The notes under the pieces were generated by a model. It had not been told where the DNA came from. It saw only the letters and a program-made list of their open reading frames with translations, and made no database searches. A stretch of 64,000 nucleotides of DNA. Source: Amoebidium appalachense. Taxonomy: Eukaryota > Protista > Ichthyosporea. The translations under genes and the position numbers were made by a program. Positions within the stretch are counted from its first letter, which is position 1, and each line of letters begins with the position of its first letter. The DNA lies in NCBI GenBank assembly GCA_963693365.1, contig CAVNZM010000004.1:11126468-11190467 (forward strand), read 5' to 3'. Shown here piece by piece: positions 46,382 to 58,639 of this stretch.

Positions 46382-48667
46382 AGACAACACAGCTTCACAG
46401 TCCACGAGAAACTTCCCATGCAATCACGCCCAACACATGCATTTAAACACCCACGTGAACATACACACGGTAACGCACGTGCGCACACACGCACACACGC
46501 ACACACACGCACACACACACATACACACACACAAACCACACACACACACACACAACACACACATACACCCACACACACACACACACACCCCCCGCCCGCC
46601 CGTGCACACATCCACCCATACCCACCCACTCAACTCCCTCCCCCCCCCCCCACACACACACACACACCCACCCTCCCACCAATACACACCTGTAAATGCC
46701 CCTGGCTAAAGGCATAAAGGTCTCTCCTTCCCACATCCTCACCCTCAACAAATCGTGTCGTTAGGATAGACGGGGAGATAACATTGCTGGAATGTGGGAA
46801 GTTCTGTGACGGCGCTCCCAACCCCAAATCACTGCTGGGCATGTGGTGCGGGAACTCGACACTTTCCTTTTTTGGTAAAGTTTCTTGCAACATGATTGGG
46901 CTGCTGGGGACGCTTGTTTGCTGTGATATGGGTGAAGTTAGAACAGGAATAGAATATAAAGAACCCATAGGGAAGGGCACGTTTGGCTGTAGAAAAAAAG
47001 AGGATTCCGCGGCAAGAGTGTGGAGTGGGTGAGAGGTGATAGGAAAGGAGGGGTCTGAGCAAGGTCAAACGAAGAAAAACGGAGGGAGAGAGCAACGCGA
47101 GCTCAACTACGTGTCAAGACATGTGTGCGTGTGTGTCACCCCGTGAGTATGTGCTGTCTTCCCCAGTAAGTGCAACAGCCCTGCGGGTCCCCATAAACTT
47201 TCGATCGTTCAAGCTCATCGCAGCACTCCTGTCTCGACATTCCTACACGCCACCTACATCATTCCTTGGCATAGATTTATGGAAGCATGGGATAGTGGAC
47301 AAGATGACCAGAGCTAATGCGCTGAAGGCCCGGGAGGAGGGGGGTATAGAATGCACTATAAAGTACGAAGTACGCATCCATGACAGACAACAGTTTGCAG
47401 AGTGCAAAGCCGACATAAGGAGTATGCATAGTGAGTAGAACCCAACCTTAGGGGGGGCAATGCTTATCCACAGTACCGTGCGTGCGCGCCCGGGGAGGGG
47501 GGGGGGGGGGGGGGGGGGGTAATGGGCATGCAGCACATCAGGGGTAAAATACAAAACACAAGTGAAACCGGCACAGTACATGTTTTAAAGCAATGAAACA
47601 AGCACACCAAAGATTTAGCAAAAGGGGGAGGCGAAAGGGGGCTGCAAGTGGGAATAAAGCAAAGTGGAATGCGGGAGTTGTGTCGTCCAAACCTGAACAT
47701 CGGTAGGTGGGACTGATGTTTGGCGCACAGATGGGGTGGAACTGTATCGAACCAATCGGTCCGTGTATCTAGTCGATGCCATGGCTGGGTCTGAGCCGGA
47801 CAGCACGCCCAGCTGCGTGGGGGGGGGAGGATAGTACAGACCGTCAGAAAAACTACAATGAGATTGTTCCGTCGCTACTAAGCAATCAACAGCAATCCAA
47901 AAGCTTAAGGCACATGTCTGTGAAATGTGTGTGCAAGTGCATGTGCACTTTGCGGAATTTTTTTTTTTTTTGCACGCTCCAGTGTCTGCTCGTTCTCTCT
48001 GTGTGTGCATGACGGGCCATCGTTGTGTACGCATGTACGTGTGTGGGCGTTCTAGTGCCTGGGTGTGTACGTGTGTGTCCTTAGTTGTGGCTACGTGTGG
48101 GTATGCATCATCTCCCCCTCTCTGTATATTTGTTGGCATATGTAGCGGAAAGCACCTAAGATTGTTGTGCGCAAATGCAATTCTTTTGTTTGAGTGTCAA
48201 CATACGTGTTACATCGTAGATTACGCCAGATCCTCATAGATTTTCAGCAGTAGGCTGCAATTTAGCATACACACACAAACTCGCGCACGCGTGCACACAC
48301 ACACACACTCACTCACACGTACAGGCGCATACATGCATACACACACAAACACCTACCCCCCTCTCCCCCCCCCCTCCCCCCCCCCCCACACACACACACA
48401 TACACACAGCGCGCTACAATACCCCCATAACACCAGCGACACCTAAGCTCTCACATCTACACAACCCACCTCTCCTTTTGCAGTATCCTTTAATAATTCA
48501 TCCACCCTAAGTTGTAGTCCGAGCACGCTTGAAGCGGAGCTCCTTCTTCTTGCAAACGCACCACCACTCTCACCAGCTCGGTTACGCAAACTGCTTGGCG
48601 CCGAGGAAAACCGTAACTTAGTCTTTGGACTAGTCTGTATTTCAAGGAGTTGCGAGCTATCATCCAT
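40684..48667 (-). CDS. Class C (7tm_3)-like GPCR membrane protein with a long Ser/Pro-rich N-terminus and 8 hydrophobic segments, 10 exons
   Basis: Exons 48667-48470, 47812-47693, 46986-46690, 45503-45343, 44545-44291, 43798-43706, 43047-42948, 42141-42068, 41402-41292 and 40830-40684 all have GT-AG ends. All junctions are in phase except 44291/43798. [16 protein letters not shown] (TM1-ICL1), a Cys before TM3, [10 protein letters not shown] and [11 protein letters not shown] resemble class C GPCR motifs. Confidence 0.7.
41413..41495. repeat. Short minisatellite (about 3 copies of gggatatgtg...attggtYagcatta)
   Basis: gggatatgtg recurs at 41413, 41439 and 41470, and agcattagggatatgtg occurs twice. 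Confidence 0.7.
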
Positions 48668-49328
48668 GATGCGCCATATAACGTTGAGGTGATGAGTTAG
48701 TGCATGCAAAAAACAACAAAATCTATCCAAGTGAGTAGGAGGTGGAGTTAGGTCTCATGGTTGGTTGATGGCGCCAGCGCTCCACAGATGATAACCCACG
48801 TACGCCGTGTAAGATTTTGAGAAAAGGTCAGTCAGCCCTTGTGAACGTCAGGCTAGTAAAGTCTGCCCCGCAGCAACCCGCTCTCACTTCAAAGCTTGCA
48901 ATCATAGCAAGAAACTGCCTGTTGCCGAAAAACGGGCTGAAAGGCTCCTGGATGTGCAAAGGCGTAGAATTTCTTTGTTGCCTACTAGTTTCAGACAACC
49001 CTATTAGTAAACACACAGTAAAAAAACATCACTATCCACAGCATTATGGACAGCGTAACGCTATGTCTATGAGAGTTGCTTCTAAGAGCATCTTTTTGTA
49101 GTTTGGATCACATCATCTACACAATCATAGCAACATCAGACCTACTAAACTTTGAACAACGTATGGTGCACCATAGTACTAATATTAATAAGAGACGTAT
49201 TATCACAAGTTGTAGTCTTATCGTGTTTGCGGGCAAACTATGGCGTCATTTGTACACCTTGGAAATCAAGCAAATATAAGGTTACAAAGTAGTACATAAT
49301 GTAGACTAACATAAGAGCACACGGCCCG

Positions 49329-49663
49329 CACGGCCATCTAGAAACACCAGTGCAGCAGTTTTCTCCGCGATACCCGTCGGGCTTTTCTTTCAGCCCGATT
49401 CGATAGGATTATATAATATTTACAAATGATTATCACTGCATTACGGGCCGTGGTGTGACCTGATTTGGATCTTCAAATTCAATGCACGATTACATATTAC
49501 ATAATTGTCTGGATACGCGGTTGCCATATGCATTGGAACATGAAAAGTAGGCCGCAGTCGCCGCACCCCCTTGTGGAATGCAGAATAGCCTTTTTTGGTT
49601 AAAATGTTATTATCCCGGGAATGTTAATCGCCTTAGACGGCCTGGTGTTTCTAGATGGCCGTG
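49329..49663. mobile_element. MITE-like element bounded by a perfect 22-bp inverted repeat
   Basis: cacggccatctagaaacaccag at 49329-49350 and its exact reverse complement at 49642-49663 enclose a non-coding interior. The TSD is not clear. Confidence 0.55.
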
Positions 49664-49899
49664 GGCCCAGGTTGAACGTCTGGTTGAACGGAGGCCTTGG
49701 GTTGTACACATGAGTTGTACACTGTCGACGTGCAACGTGTGCGACGGTGAACTTGGTGTCGGAACGACCGACAGCAAAAGCAGTTCAGGCGCACGGTCAC
49801 CAAGCTCAGGTAGGGTGTAGGGTTGCGCAGCAGGGGCGGTGGGGGTGGGGGGGAGGGGGGGGGCGCGGGGGTCTTGCAAGGGAATCGGGTGGGTAGGGA

Positions 49900-49959
<60 letters not shown>

Positions 49960-50626
49960 CTGTTTGCGTTTTGCTGTGTCACGATAGTGCACAATAGCTA
50001 GCTTTTGAATTGTAGGTGATTGGGTGAGGCGACTATTGTGGTCCAATAAACGTGAAGTGTGTGCTCGGTAGTGTGCTTACGTTCGTCGAATGTCTGTGTT
50101 CGTAGTGCGCTTTATCTTTTAACATGGATTGGCACCACAGGGTCCTAGTAGTTTTGCTTGAAGACCTTGTCTTCAAGAAGCTGACGTGTGTTTTTTCCAT
50201 AAGGCATACAGATGTGTGCACCTTCTTTTGGTACCCAATAGGCGGACACGCATGCGGGCTGTGGCATGCGTGCACGTGTATCAACGTGTAAATGGTGTGT
50301 GTAATGTGTTTACCATGTACCTAATTTGTCAAATAACACCGATTGGGTAGAATATTCTATGAATCAACACAGGCCACTCTCTCCCCTCCCCTTCCTCCCC
50401 AACCCCCCTCCCCTCCCCCCCCATCCCAAAGCACGCCCATCCGCATTATACAACTCAGAGGTGAAACAAGAAGACCCTGGCGGGGGAAAGAGACAAACGG
50501 TTGAATAAATTGCACAAGTAACTACGCAAAGAAAAAAAAAAGAAAAAAATTGATACATCCTTCCGCTGAAACTGAAGTGTCCACGCCTTACCAACCACCC
50601 CAACCCACAGTCAGCCCAAGCCACGA

Positions 50627-51375
50627 TCAGGATCCGCCATTTCCCCCAAATAACGTTCCAGGTGCCGTCTCCCCCGAAAATCCCACTTCCCCCTCAGTCC
50701 CCCCCACGCCCTCACGTAGAACCCCTCCTGGACCTGAAAGTCCGCTGGATGGAGGCGAAGACACCTGCTCCATGCTTGGTGTAGGAGACTCGTGGTGCTC
50801 GAATCCGGTCAGGACAACATGTTCGCGGACACGGGCGGGCCGGTGCAATCTGGGGAGGGGAGGGGGGGGGGGGGGGGTAGGGGAAGGTGGCAGTGAGGGT
50901 GGGTGGAGAGGGAGGGGGAGGAGATGCAGAAAAGGGGGTGGGGGTGGGGTGGGGGGGGGGGGGGGGGGGGGGGGGGATTTCGGGTTATTTCCACTGTAGT
51001 AACCAGCAGCGATCAACGTGAAAGAATCTGAACCCGCCGGTCATGTGGTTTTCTGGCAACCTTGCCCCTCTGTCTTGTGCATTGATATATAGTATAGTGA
51101 ATGGGTATATCTAGCCTCGTGAATAGCCACAGTATAAAGATAGGGTTGCTTTGGTTCACCAGATATCAGTTGTGCAGTATGTATGGAATATGTCTTCGGC
51201 AGTTGTTAGCAGATAATTAGTTACTAGTGCCGTATAGTGTATACATGCTGTATACATGGGCTCAGTAAGCGTGTAGTAAACTTTTTTTACAACCTTGTAT
51301 ATGTAGAGTGTATGGATAAACATCTCCGGGTCGGGTTGGTTTGGCTAGCATATATTTCACCTCCTTATTGCCGCA

Positions 51376-51420
<45 letters not shown>

Positions 51421-54400
51421 CCCGCCCGCCCGCCCACCCACCCACCCACCCACCCACCACCACCACCAACAAAAAAAAAAAAATCGTCCTCAAAAACCCC
51501 CAACCCCACAGGGTCTTTCCCCCAGCTTCGGGACGATTATGGGCCAAGAAAATGTTAGGACAAAGGGCCCCGGGGCTATTTCCCCACCTCATGCTCTCTC
51601 TTTTTTCTGTGCCTAATATCCACTTCTGCCTTATAAGTTCTTTCGTCGGGGAGAAAGGGGGGGGGGGTAGTGTTAGGATTGGCTTTGATCGGGAATAGTG
51701 CGGGAGAAAGTGTGTGGAGGAGAGAAGGAGGGGAGGGTGGGGGGAGAAGGGGGGGGGGGGGGGGAGTCGAGAAAGAGAGAGAGATTCTTATGCTACGGTG
51801 ACATGCTACACAAAAAAAAAAACGCGAAAAGGGGCAAAGGAATAGGGAGACAGTGCCCAAAGGAACATGACATGCAGGGAGGTGGAGGGGGATATGCCTG
51901 GGGGAGGTACGGTGGGGTGCAGGAGGGGGGAGAAGGAAAGGGGGGGATGGGGGGGGGGGGGGGGGGGGGGGGGGAAGGATTACCGGCTGTCGGAGGCCGG
52001 ATGTGTGCGAGGGTCCAGATGGGCCAGTGCCCAGTTGAGCACGGTGACGTCATCAAGCAGGTACGAGTGGGCAGCCCGGTAGGTCACGTGCACGTGGGGG
52101 ATGCCGCGGGGCAGATAGGTGTCGCTGACGGGTATCATGTTGTCCCCGTCACGGGTCGGGTCGGGGGTGTCCCGGTCCAGGCCGCACACGGACTTAGGGC
52201 CGTTTTTCATCAGTCGGTACCTGTGTGGATATTGGATTTATGAGGAAAGTGTGCTTTGGGCACGTGTATGAGTGTGATGTATAAAATGACTTTGAATATG
52301 GAAATCACGTTGGAAAAATGCCTAGTATCAAGTGCAGGGCGAAGGGGAAGAAAATGGAGTAAAGAGGAGAGGCCTGTTTTAGCAAATTTGTCTTTGCTTT
52401 CACTAACCAATAGTGTGCACCTAAATCAATCGTGAGGCTTTAAACTGGTGCGCACATCAAGTAAAAAATATCCCCACTTTCCTAGCAAGAACTTGAAATG
52501 CATGCTATGTTAATTCCTATGTCGTTTAAACCTGATATGTCTCTTAACACCCCATGGCCATAGCAAAAACCCATTCCCTGATTAACCAAAAGTCCACCGA
52601 CCCGTGTACGTGCGTGCGTACGTGCGGGTGCGCGGTGTGAGTGTGTGTGTGTGGTGGGGGGGGGGGGGGGGGGGGGGGGGGAGGGAGGGGGGGGGGGGGG
52701 GGGGGGGGGGGGGCAGCCATGTACCTTGTGAGCTGGCCTGTGCCAGCAATCATGGCTATGGGGGGCCAACGGCTATCCATGTTGAGGCCTATGGTCTGTA
52801 TGTGCTGCTGAAACGACCTGGGAGGGGGGATGGGGGGAGGGGGAGGGAGGGGGAGGATTTTTAAGCATCAGGGGTAGGGGGCACCTCCCAAAGTGAGGGT
52901 GAGGGCAAAATGCCTAGGGTGGAGAGAGAGAGATGGTCAGAGGGATTTCCGTGTAGAAAAGCAGGAGAAGAGTGGTTAATGTTACGGAAGAGGGGCTGCC
53001 AGGACGACGGGAATGGGGGCACGAAAAGGGAAGAGAGGGGGGGGGGGGGGGGGGGGGTCACAGTTGCTTGTTCCTTTGTTTTCTTTTGCGCGGGGGGGGC
53101 GGGGGGGGAGGGAGGGGGAGTGGCTGGGGGGAAGAGGGCAGTGTGTGTGTGTGAGCGTGTGTGTGTGTGGGGGGGGGGGGGGGGGGGGGGGGGAGGGGGG
53201 GGGGAGGGGGAGGCAAAGAGAAGGACAGGTAGGCGGGGGGGATCCCCGGGGGGGGGGAGGGGGAGAGGGGGGGGGAGGGTGGAAAAGGAGTTGCGGACAA
53301 CTCGGAGGAGGAGAAGGGGGGGGGGGGAGGACGGGGGGGAGGGGGGGGGGGGGGGGGGGGGGGGGAAGGGGAGAGGGGTTTCAAAGTTTTTCTTATTTTT
53401 CACGGGGGGATGAGGGGTGGGAAGGAGGAGGTGGGCATGGAGGCAAGGAGGAAAACAAGTGGGCCCGGGGGATCCCTGGGCGGGGGGAGGGAGGGGGGGG
53501 GGGGGGGGGGGAGGGGCTCATTACTTTCCGTCCTGCAGAGCCCTCTCCAGAAAAGCAACATAGCTGTCGTACTCGGGCGTGCCCACCACTGTCTCTTTGT
53601 GGTCAGGGTGGAACACCCCCCACTGCTGCCTCACCCACGTCTGCGTGTCGTAATAGTCGAATTTGATTGGCTCAAAATCAGCGTCCACAATACCACACCC
53701 ATGAAGCGGATATATGGAAAAGGGACTCGACCATGAAAACTGCGAGCGGGCATTCATGATTCGTGTGTTCATTCCGATGGGGCGCCCAAAGGTTAGTTCA
53801 GCGAGAAACATGGGGGCGGATGGTCGGAAAGGGGAGCCGGCAAAAAGGGCACTGTGGATGAGGCTTGGGTTGCGGTGGATGGCTGCAAGAGTGGATAGCC
53901 CACCCATGCTGTGGGCTACAAGTTGCACCTGTGTGTGTGTGTGTGTGTGGTGTATGTGTGTGTGTGTGTGTGTGTGTTATTTGTGGACGGGTTTGTGTGT
54001 GATTTGGGGGCAGAAGGCGAGCGGTTTGGAAGGGTACGGGAAGAGGCGTGGTTGGGAAGTGGCGCCGGGGAGGAAGGGGGGGGGGGGGGGGGGGGGGGGG
54101 GTATTACAGTGTGTATGTGCGTGTGCACGAAATGTGTATCTGTCTGTGTATTTGTAAGTGTGTGTTAGTGCACGTGCATACTGTTAAGTGTCCGTGTGTG
54201 GGTGTGTGTGTTGAAAGGGGGAAGGGGGTTGTGTGTTAAAAGGGGGGGCAGGGGTAGGAGGAAAAGAGGGCAAATGAATTGCCGAAGGGAGGGGGTAGGG
54301 GGGGGGGGGAGGGAAGGGGGTCGAATGTGAGAGTAGATGGCAAGGGTGTTGCAGATGTATATGTAGGGGCAGGGATTTGCTGCAATGGGTGGTGCAGAAG

Positions 54401-56171
54401 AACATGTGCACACCGGGAGGGAAGCCGTGGGGAGGGGGGGGGGGGGGGCTTTTTGGAAGGGCAGATTTGGAAAAGACTCGATGCATGCATGTGGCGAACA
54501 AAGTAATAGTACCACGTGAAAAGTACGAGAAAAAACCATCAAAGCACGTACCTGCACGTTCTGGTGCATTCTCGACACCTCCTCGATGAATCGGCTCAGG
54601 CCCTCTGTGGTCTCCCACAGGCTTCTCCTCCAATCATATGAGTACGTGTACACCACCCGTCCCTGGCCCTTTAGCAGCCGCACGATAGGAAGATATCTCT
54701 TCCACGTCCGCCCTAGAAATTTCACCTTCCGCACAATTCCGGCGGGTTCCAAACCGTCGGATTTTTGTTTCCCCGTTTCCGGATCGAACTCGAGGGGTAG
54801 GGCAAGGTCCGGGTGCCCAGGCGGACCCCCATTCCCCGGCCAGGGCCACAGCAAATTTCCGTGAAACCACGCCTTTCTACCAGTATTGGGGTCAATCAGA
54901 TAGGAGCTCTTCACTCCGGGGACAAAAATTACCGGAATTTCGGCCAGTGGGTGGTGGTGTGACCCCAGCACCCGATGAATAAGCCCTCGGGGCACGTGTG
55001 GGATACAGTGGCGGTGGTGGTGGTCGGTCAAGGGGATGTCACGTGACTGAGGTTGACCAATAGCCGGGCCAGAGGTTGCGCTTTGCGGATTTACCGCTGC
55101 GGTGTGCTCAGGTTCGGGTGTGGTTTGAATTTCTGCGTCTACTTCCTCTTCTCCCTCGGTGGTAAAGTGCAATTTCACTGCACCGCTCACATCATGCGCC
55201 TGGCTGCACGTGTTGTGTGCAACTGCAGTATGAGCCCCAAATATCGTGGGATGAATGGCGCTGGTGGGGGGTGCCAATGCGCTCGCGGGGGTGTCTGAAG
55301 CCGGGCTTTTGGTTTCTGCCGAAGTAGGAGGGGTATTTGCCTCTTCCATGATTATGCTCACTGTTGAAAGACAACGAGGACTCCGGGACGTTCCCTGAGA
55401 AGGGTCCAGTCGCTGGGGCTCTTGCGGAGACACGTGCAATTTCGACAAAACGGGGTTTCTGCATTCGATTTCCGGTGTTTGCGGCTCGGAAATTGATGCC
55501 TCCTCCAAGGTTTCGAGTGGTGTGTGTGGTATTGTGAGTGGCTCGACTATAACAGGAGTGACCTGCGTGGCGTGCGTGTCTGGCGAAGGGGTGAAAAACG
55601 AAGCCAGGGGTCCGTGCTGAAGTGAAAGCTTGCTTGGAACAGGGGATTTCTTGAAAACCCCCGGTTTTTTACCCTTTTGCTCCTTTTCTTCCTCCTCGAG
55701 CACGTGGATCGCTTCGCTCAGAATCGAAATCGTTTTCTTTCCGAGTTCCGTCTTCGTCGTTTCAGTTCGACCGCGCATCTGTACGTTTTGCTGCAAAACG
55801 GGTTTACTAGGGGTGTTTGGAGGAGTGCCCGGTGGGTCATATTTAAGCTCTACCCCAGGGGCCCACGTTTTTGGAGCAGAAACCACGGATGTTTTTGGTG
55901 TGACTTTCTTGGACGAGAAAGGGGAACGGGTGGAAAAGGATAACATACACTTGCGGGGTGTGATTTCTTTCTTGGGGTGCTGTGGTGTATCCGTTTTGAA
56001 CTTTTCGCTCCGCTTGAGTTTTATCTCAGGTGGTACCCCTGTGAAAATTTTCTGGACAAATTCTTTGGATATTTGCTCGGGTGCAACGTTCCGGCCCACA
56101 TTCTGACTTTCACCACTTGCAGCACATGACTCGTCTCTCGCTTTCCTTTCTGTTGGGGTTTGACAGGACAT
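50627..56171 (-). CDS. LCAT/PDAT-like alpha/beta hydrolase (lipase/acyltransferase) with a long disordered N-terminal extension, 5 exons
   Basis: Exons 56171-54552, 53928-53525, 52817-52725, 52220-51984 and 50849-50627 splice in phase. Motifs: PVIFVPGVKSSYL, YSYDWRRS, nucleophile elbow LVAHSMGGL, FAGSPF, DGDNMIP (catalytic Asp region) and AHSYLL (catalytic His). Confidence 0.88.
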
Positions 56172-56760
56172 CTTGGTTGGTGTGCAACGTGACCGTGTGA
56201 CTAATGTGTGCGTGAACATAGAATACGTCCTGCATACGGTAAGCTTCAGGGAGCAGCTCTTATTTTTTTCTCTACTAATCATCAAAAGGGATACGAGATA
56301 TAAAAACAACACACGTGAACGAAATCTTGCCCACGTACAGATCTGAGAGTGTGTGAGGGTACGAACAAAGACCACGAGAGACAATCCGCGTCATCCTTAC
56401 ACTTACACACAATCCCTTACACTTAAACATAATAGGTCAAACTGCGGCACATTTGCAATGGCCTCGCCCCTCGGTACCTAAAAAGTGAAATCCGTGTACT
56501 GAGGCAAGATGGTTCGTTATGTAGTACAAACCAAACCTACTGCATGTACAGTATGCCGTGCATATGGAATCCGAAGCATACCTAAAAATGACAAAAATGG
56601 AAAACGCTGCGTAACAATCACGTCAATTCTTCGTGATTTATGTCCATACGAGAGAATCACGGTGCACGTGGCCTGGTGTCCACTGGATATCGTGTCACCC
56701 CCTTCGCACACAAACGGCCCGCAACTTGCAAGCTTGTAGGCTACATGTGTCACCAGTGCA

Positions 56761-56794
56761 TGACGTCACTGAAGATTCGACGTTATTAGCCAAT
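56761..56794. promoter_or_regulatory. Candidate CRE palindrome plus CCAAT box upstream of the LCAT-like gene
   Basis: Perfect TGACGTCA at 56761-56768 and ttagCCAATg about 20 bp away, roughly 600 bp upstream of the proposed ATG. Motif match only. Confidence 0.25.
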
Positions 56795-57093
56795 GAATTA
56801 GTGCAATAGATTTGAATACATTCCATTGCTAGATCCACCCAGGACCAACCTGACTAATTAGGCCAGCCTCCCCAGTCTGTGTCGCTCTGTGAGCGTGTAA
56901 TGTAGCAAGCTTGTGCGTGGCGTTTCGTTCTTTTTCCGCCATGCCATGAAGGTGGTCGTTTTCATGCTACTTTGCGTCATTCACGGCCTCACGAGGCGTC
57001 GTCTTTTTAACACAAGCACATACAGGTAACATCCTGGTGCATGCGTACAACGGCACCTGGTGGTCCATGCTCTACCTCTCACTCAAAACTGCT

Positions 57094-57189
57094 TTTTGGC
57101 AGCACGTGCAGACCATAGGCCTCGACAAGGACAGCCGTCGGCCCTTCATGGCCATGATTGCTGGCAAAAGCCAAATCACACGGTACATG
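57094..57189 (+). pseudogene. Isolated inverted copy of exon 3 of the neighbouring LCAT-like gene
   Basis: FWQHVQTIGLDKDSRRPFMAMIAGKSQITR|gtacatg aligns without gaps to FQQHIQTIGLNMDSRWPPIAMIAGTGQLTR|gtacatg (52813-52725, - strand). Hand count: 16 mismatches in 89 nt. Confidence 0.8.
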
Positions 57190-57201
57190 CTCTCCCCCTC
57201 C

Positions 57202-57250
<49 letters not shown>

Positions 57251-57700
57251 TTCAACGACCACCCACGTGTACATTCACACACAAGTACCCGCGCTGTCCC
57301 CACCAACCTCTCTTGTCTCCCGTTGTGCGCGCGTCTCTCCATCGTTCTGGTCCTTGTGAGCTGTCCTTGTGTAGTCTTGCATTCAGCAACTCCCAATCTT
57401 TCCCTTGGTTTCCTGCCTCTGTCGCCCAATAATATTTCTTTTCGCTGCCCTCCTTCCCATGCCTCCCACCTTCTCCCCAACCCTCCTCCTTCTCACCCCC
57501 AAACTGTTTCCTCGTTGTTCCAACCCTCCTTGTTTTGTTCTGCAGTGGTTCCAACATCAATAATTCACCCTCTCTCCATATCTCTTCGTGCCTGCCTCTC
57601 TTGCAACCCCCCCCCCCCCCCTCGGGTGCCCTTCTCCCTCTTCTACCTCCCCCCCCCCCCCCCCCGCCTCCCCTTTCTCCCCAGCTTCTCTGCACACCTT

Positions 57701-57732
<32 letters not shown>

Positions 57733-58085
57733 CCTCCCTCAGCACATCCTTTTCTCCCGCCTTCGCACCCTCCCATCCCTCCCTCCTTCCCTCTCGCTCT
57801 TCTTCCTCTCTTTCTCCTCGACACGACGTTTCTCTTCTCCCCCTCCACCCCCTCCCTCCCCCTCCCTACCCCCCCCCTTCCTCCCCTCTCGGATCATACT
57901 CTTTCTTGTTTTGATGTGACCTCTTTTTTGTCAGCAGTATGTTTTTATCCGTGTTTGATTGCGCAGCCCTTCTGAATCCAACCGAGTGACTCCCCCCCCC
58001 TCTCTCCCCGGGGGGTGCCGCTGCTCAGGGCAGACACCAACCAATGTACCCCAGGCCCCTTGTATCCGTTGCCCTATCGTGCAAG

Positions 58086-58151
<66 letters not shown>

Positions 58152-58335
58152 GCCCCTCCCCCCTCTCCTCTTGTCCCTCCCTCTCCCTCTCTCCTCCCTA
58201 TCCTCTCTCTCTCTCTCACTCTCTCTTTCTATCCCTCTATTTTCCTCCCACCAGGTTGCCCCTCCTAAGATCCCAACCCACCTGCTTCACTCTTTCTTTC
58301 TCTCTTGGTCTCTCGAACCAACCAAGTTGAATCCC

Positions 58336-58367
<32 letters not shown>

Positions 58368-58639
58368 ATCCCACTTGCCTGCCTGCCCGCATCTCTTTTG
58401 AATTTCTTTCACTTCACCCTATTGAAAATCCTTAATGCATTAAAGCTTGCATCTTTCCACAACTCTATTCCACGAACAACAAACTAGGTTTCTGTCTTCC
58501 TTGTTTTAAGTGGACCTCGAAAGAGCTCCTCGGAAGTCGGAAGACGGCCATCTGGGCCCTTTAGCTACGAGATGTGCCATACTTAGAAATTCGTGTGTGC
58601 GGTTGTGCGTGTCTGCACGTGTGTGCCTACGGTGGTTCC

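Noticed and set aside
47270-47432. Plus-strand exon-like ORF ([23 protein letters not shown]...|gtgagt) inside a GPCR intron
   Set aside because: No recognisable homology and no partner exons. It cannot be supported without expression data.
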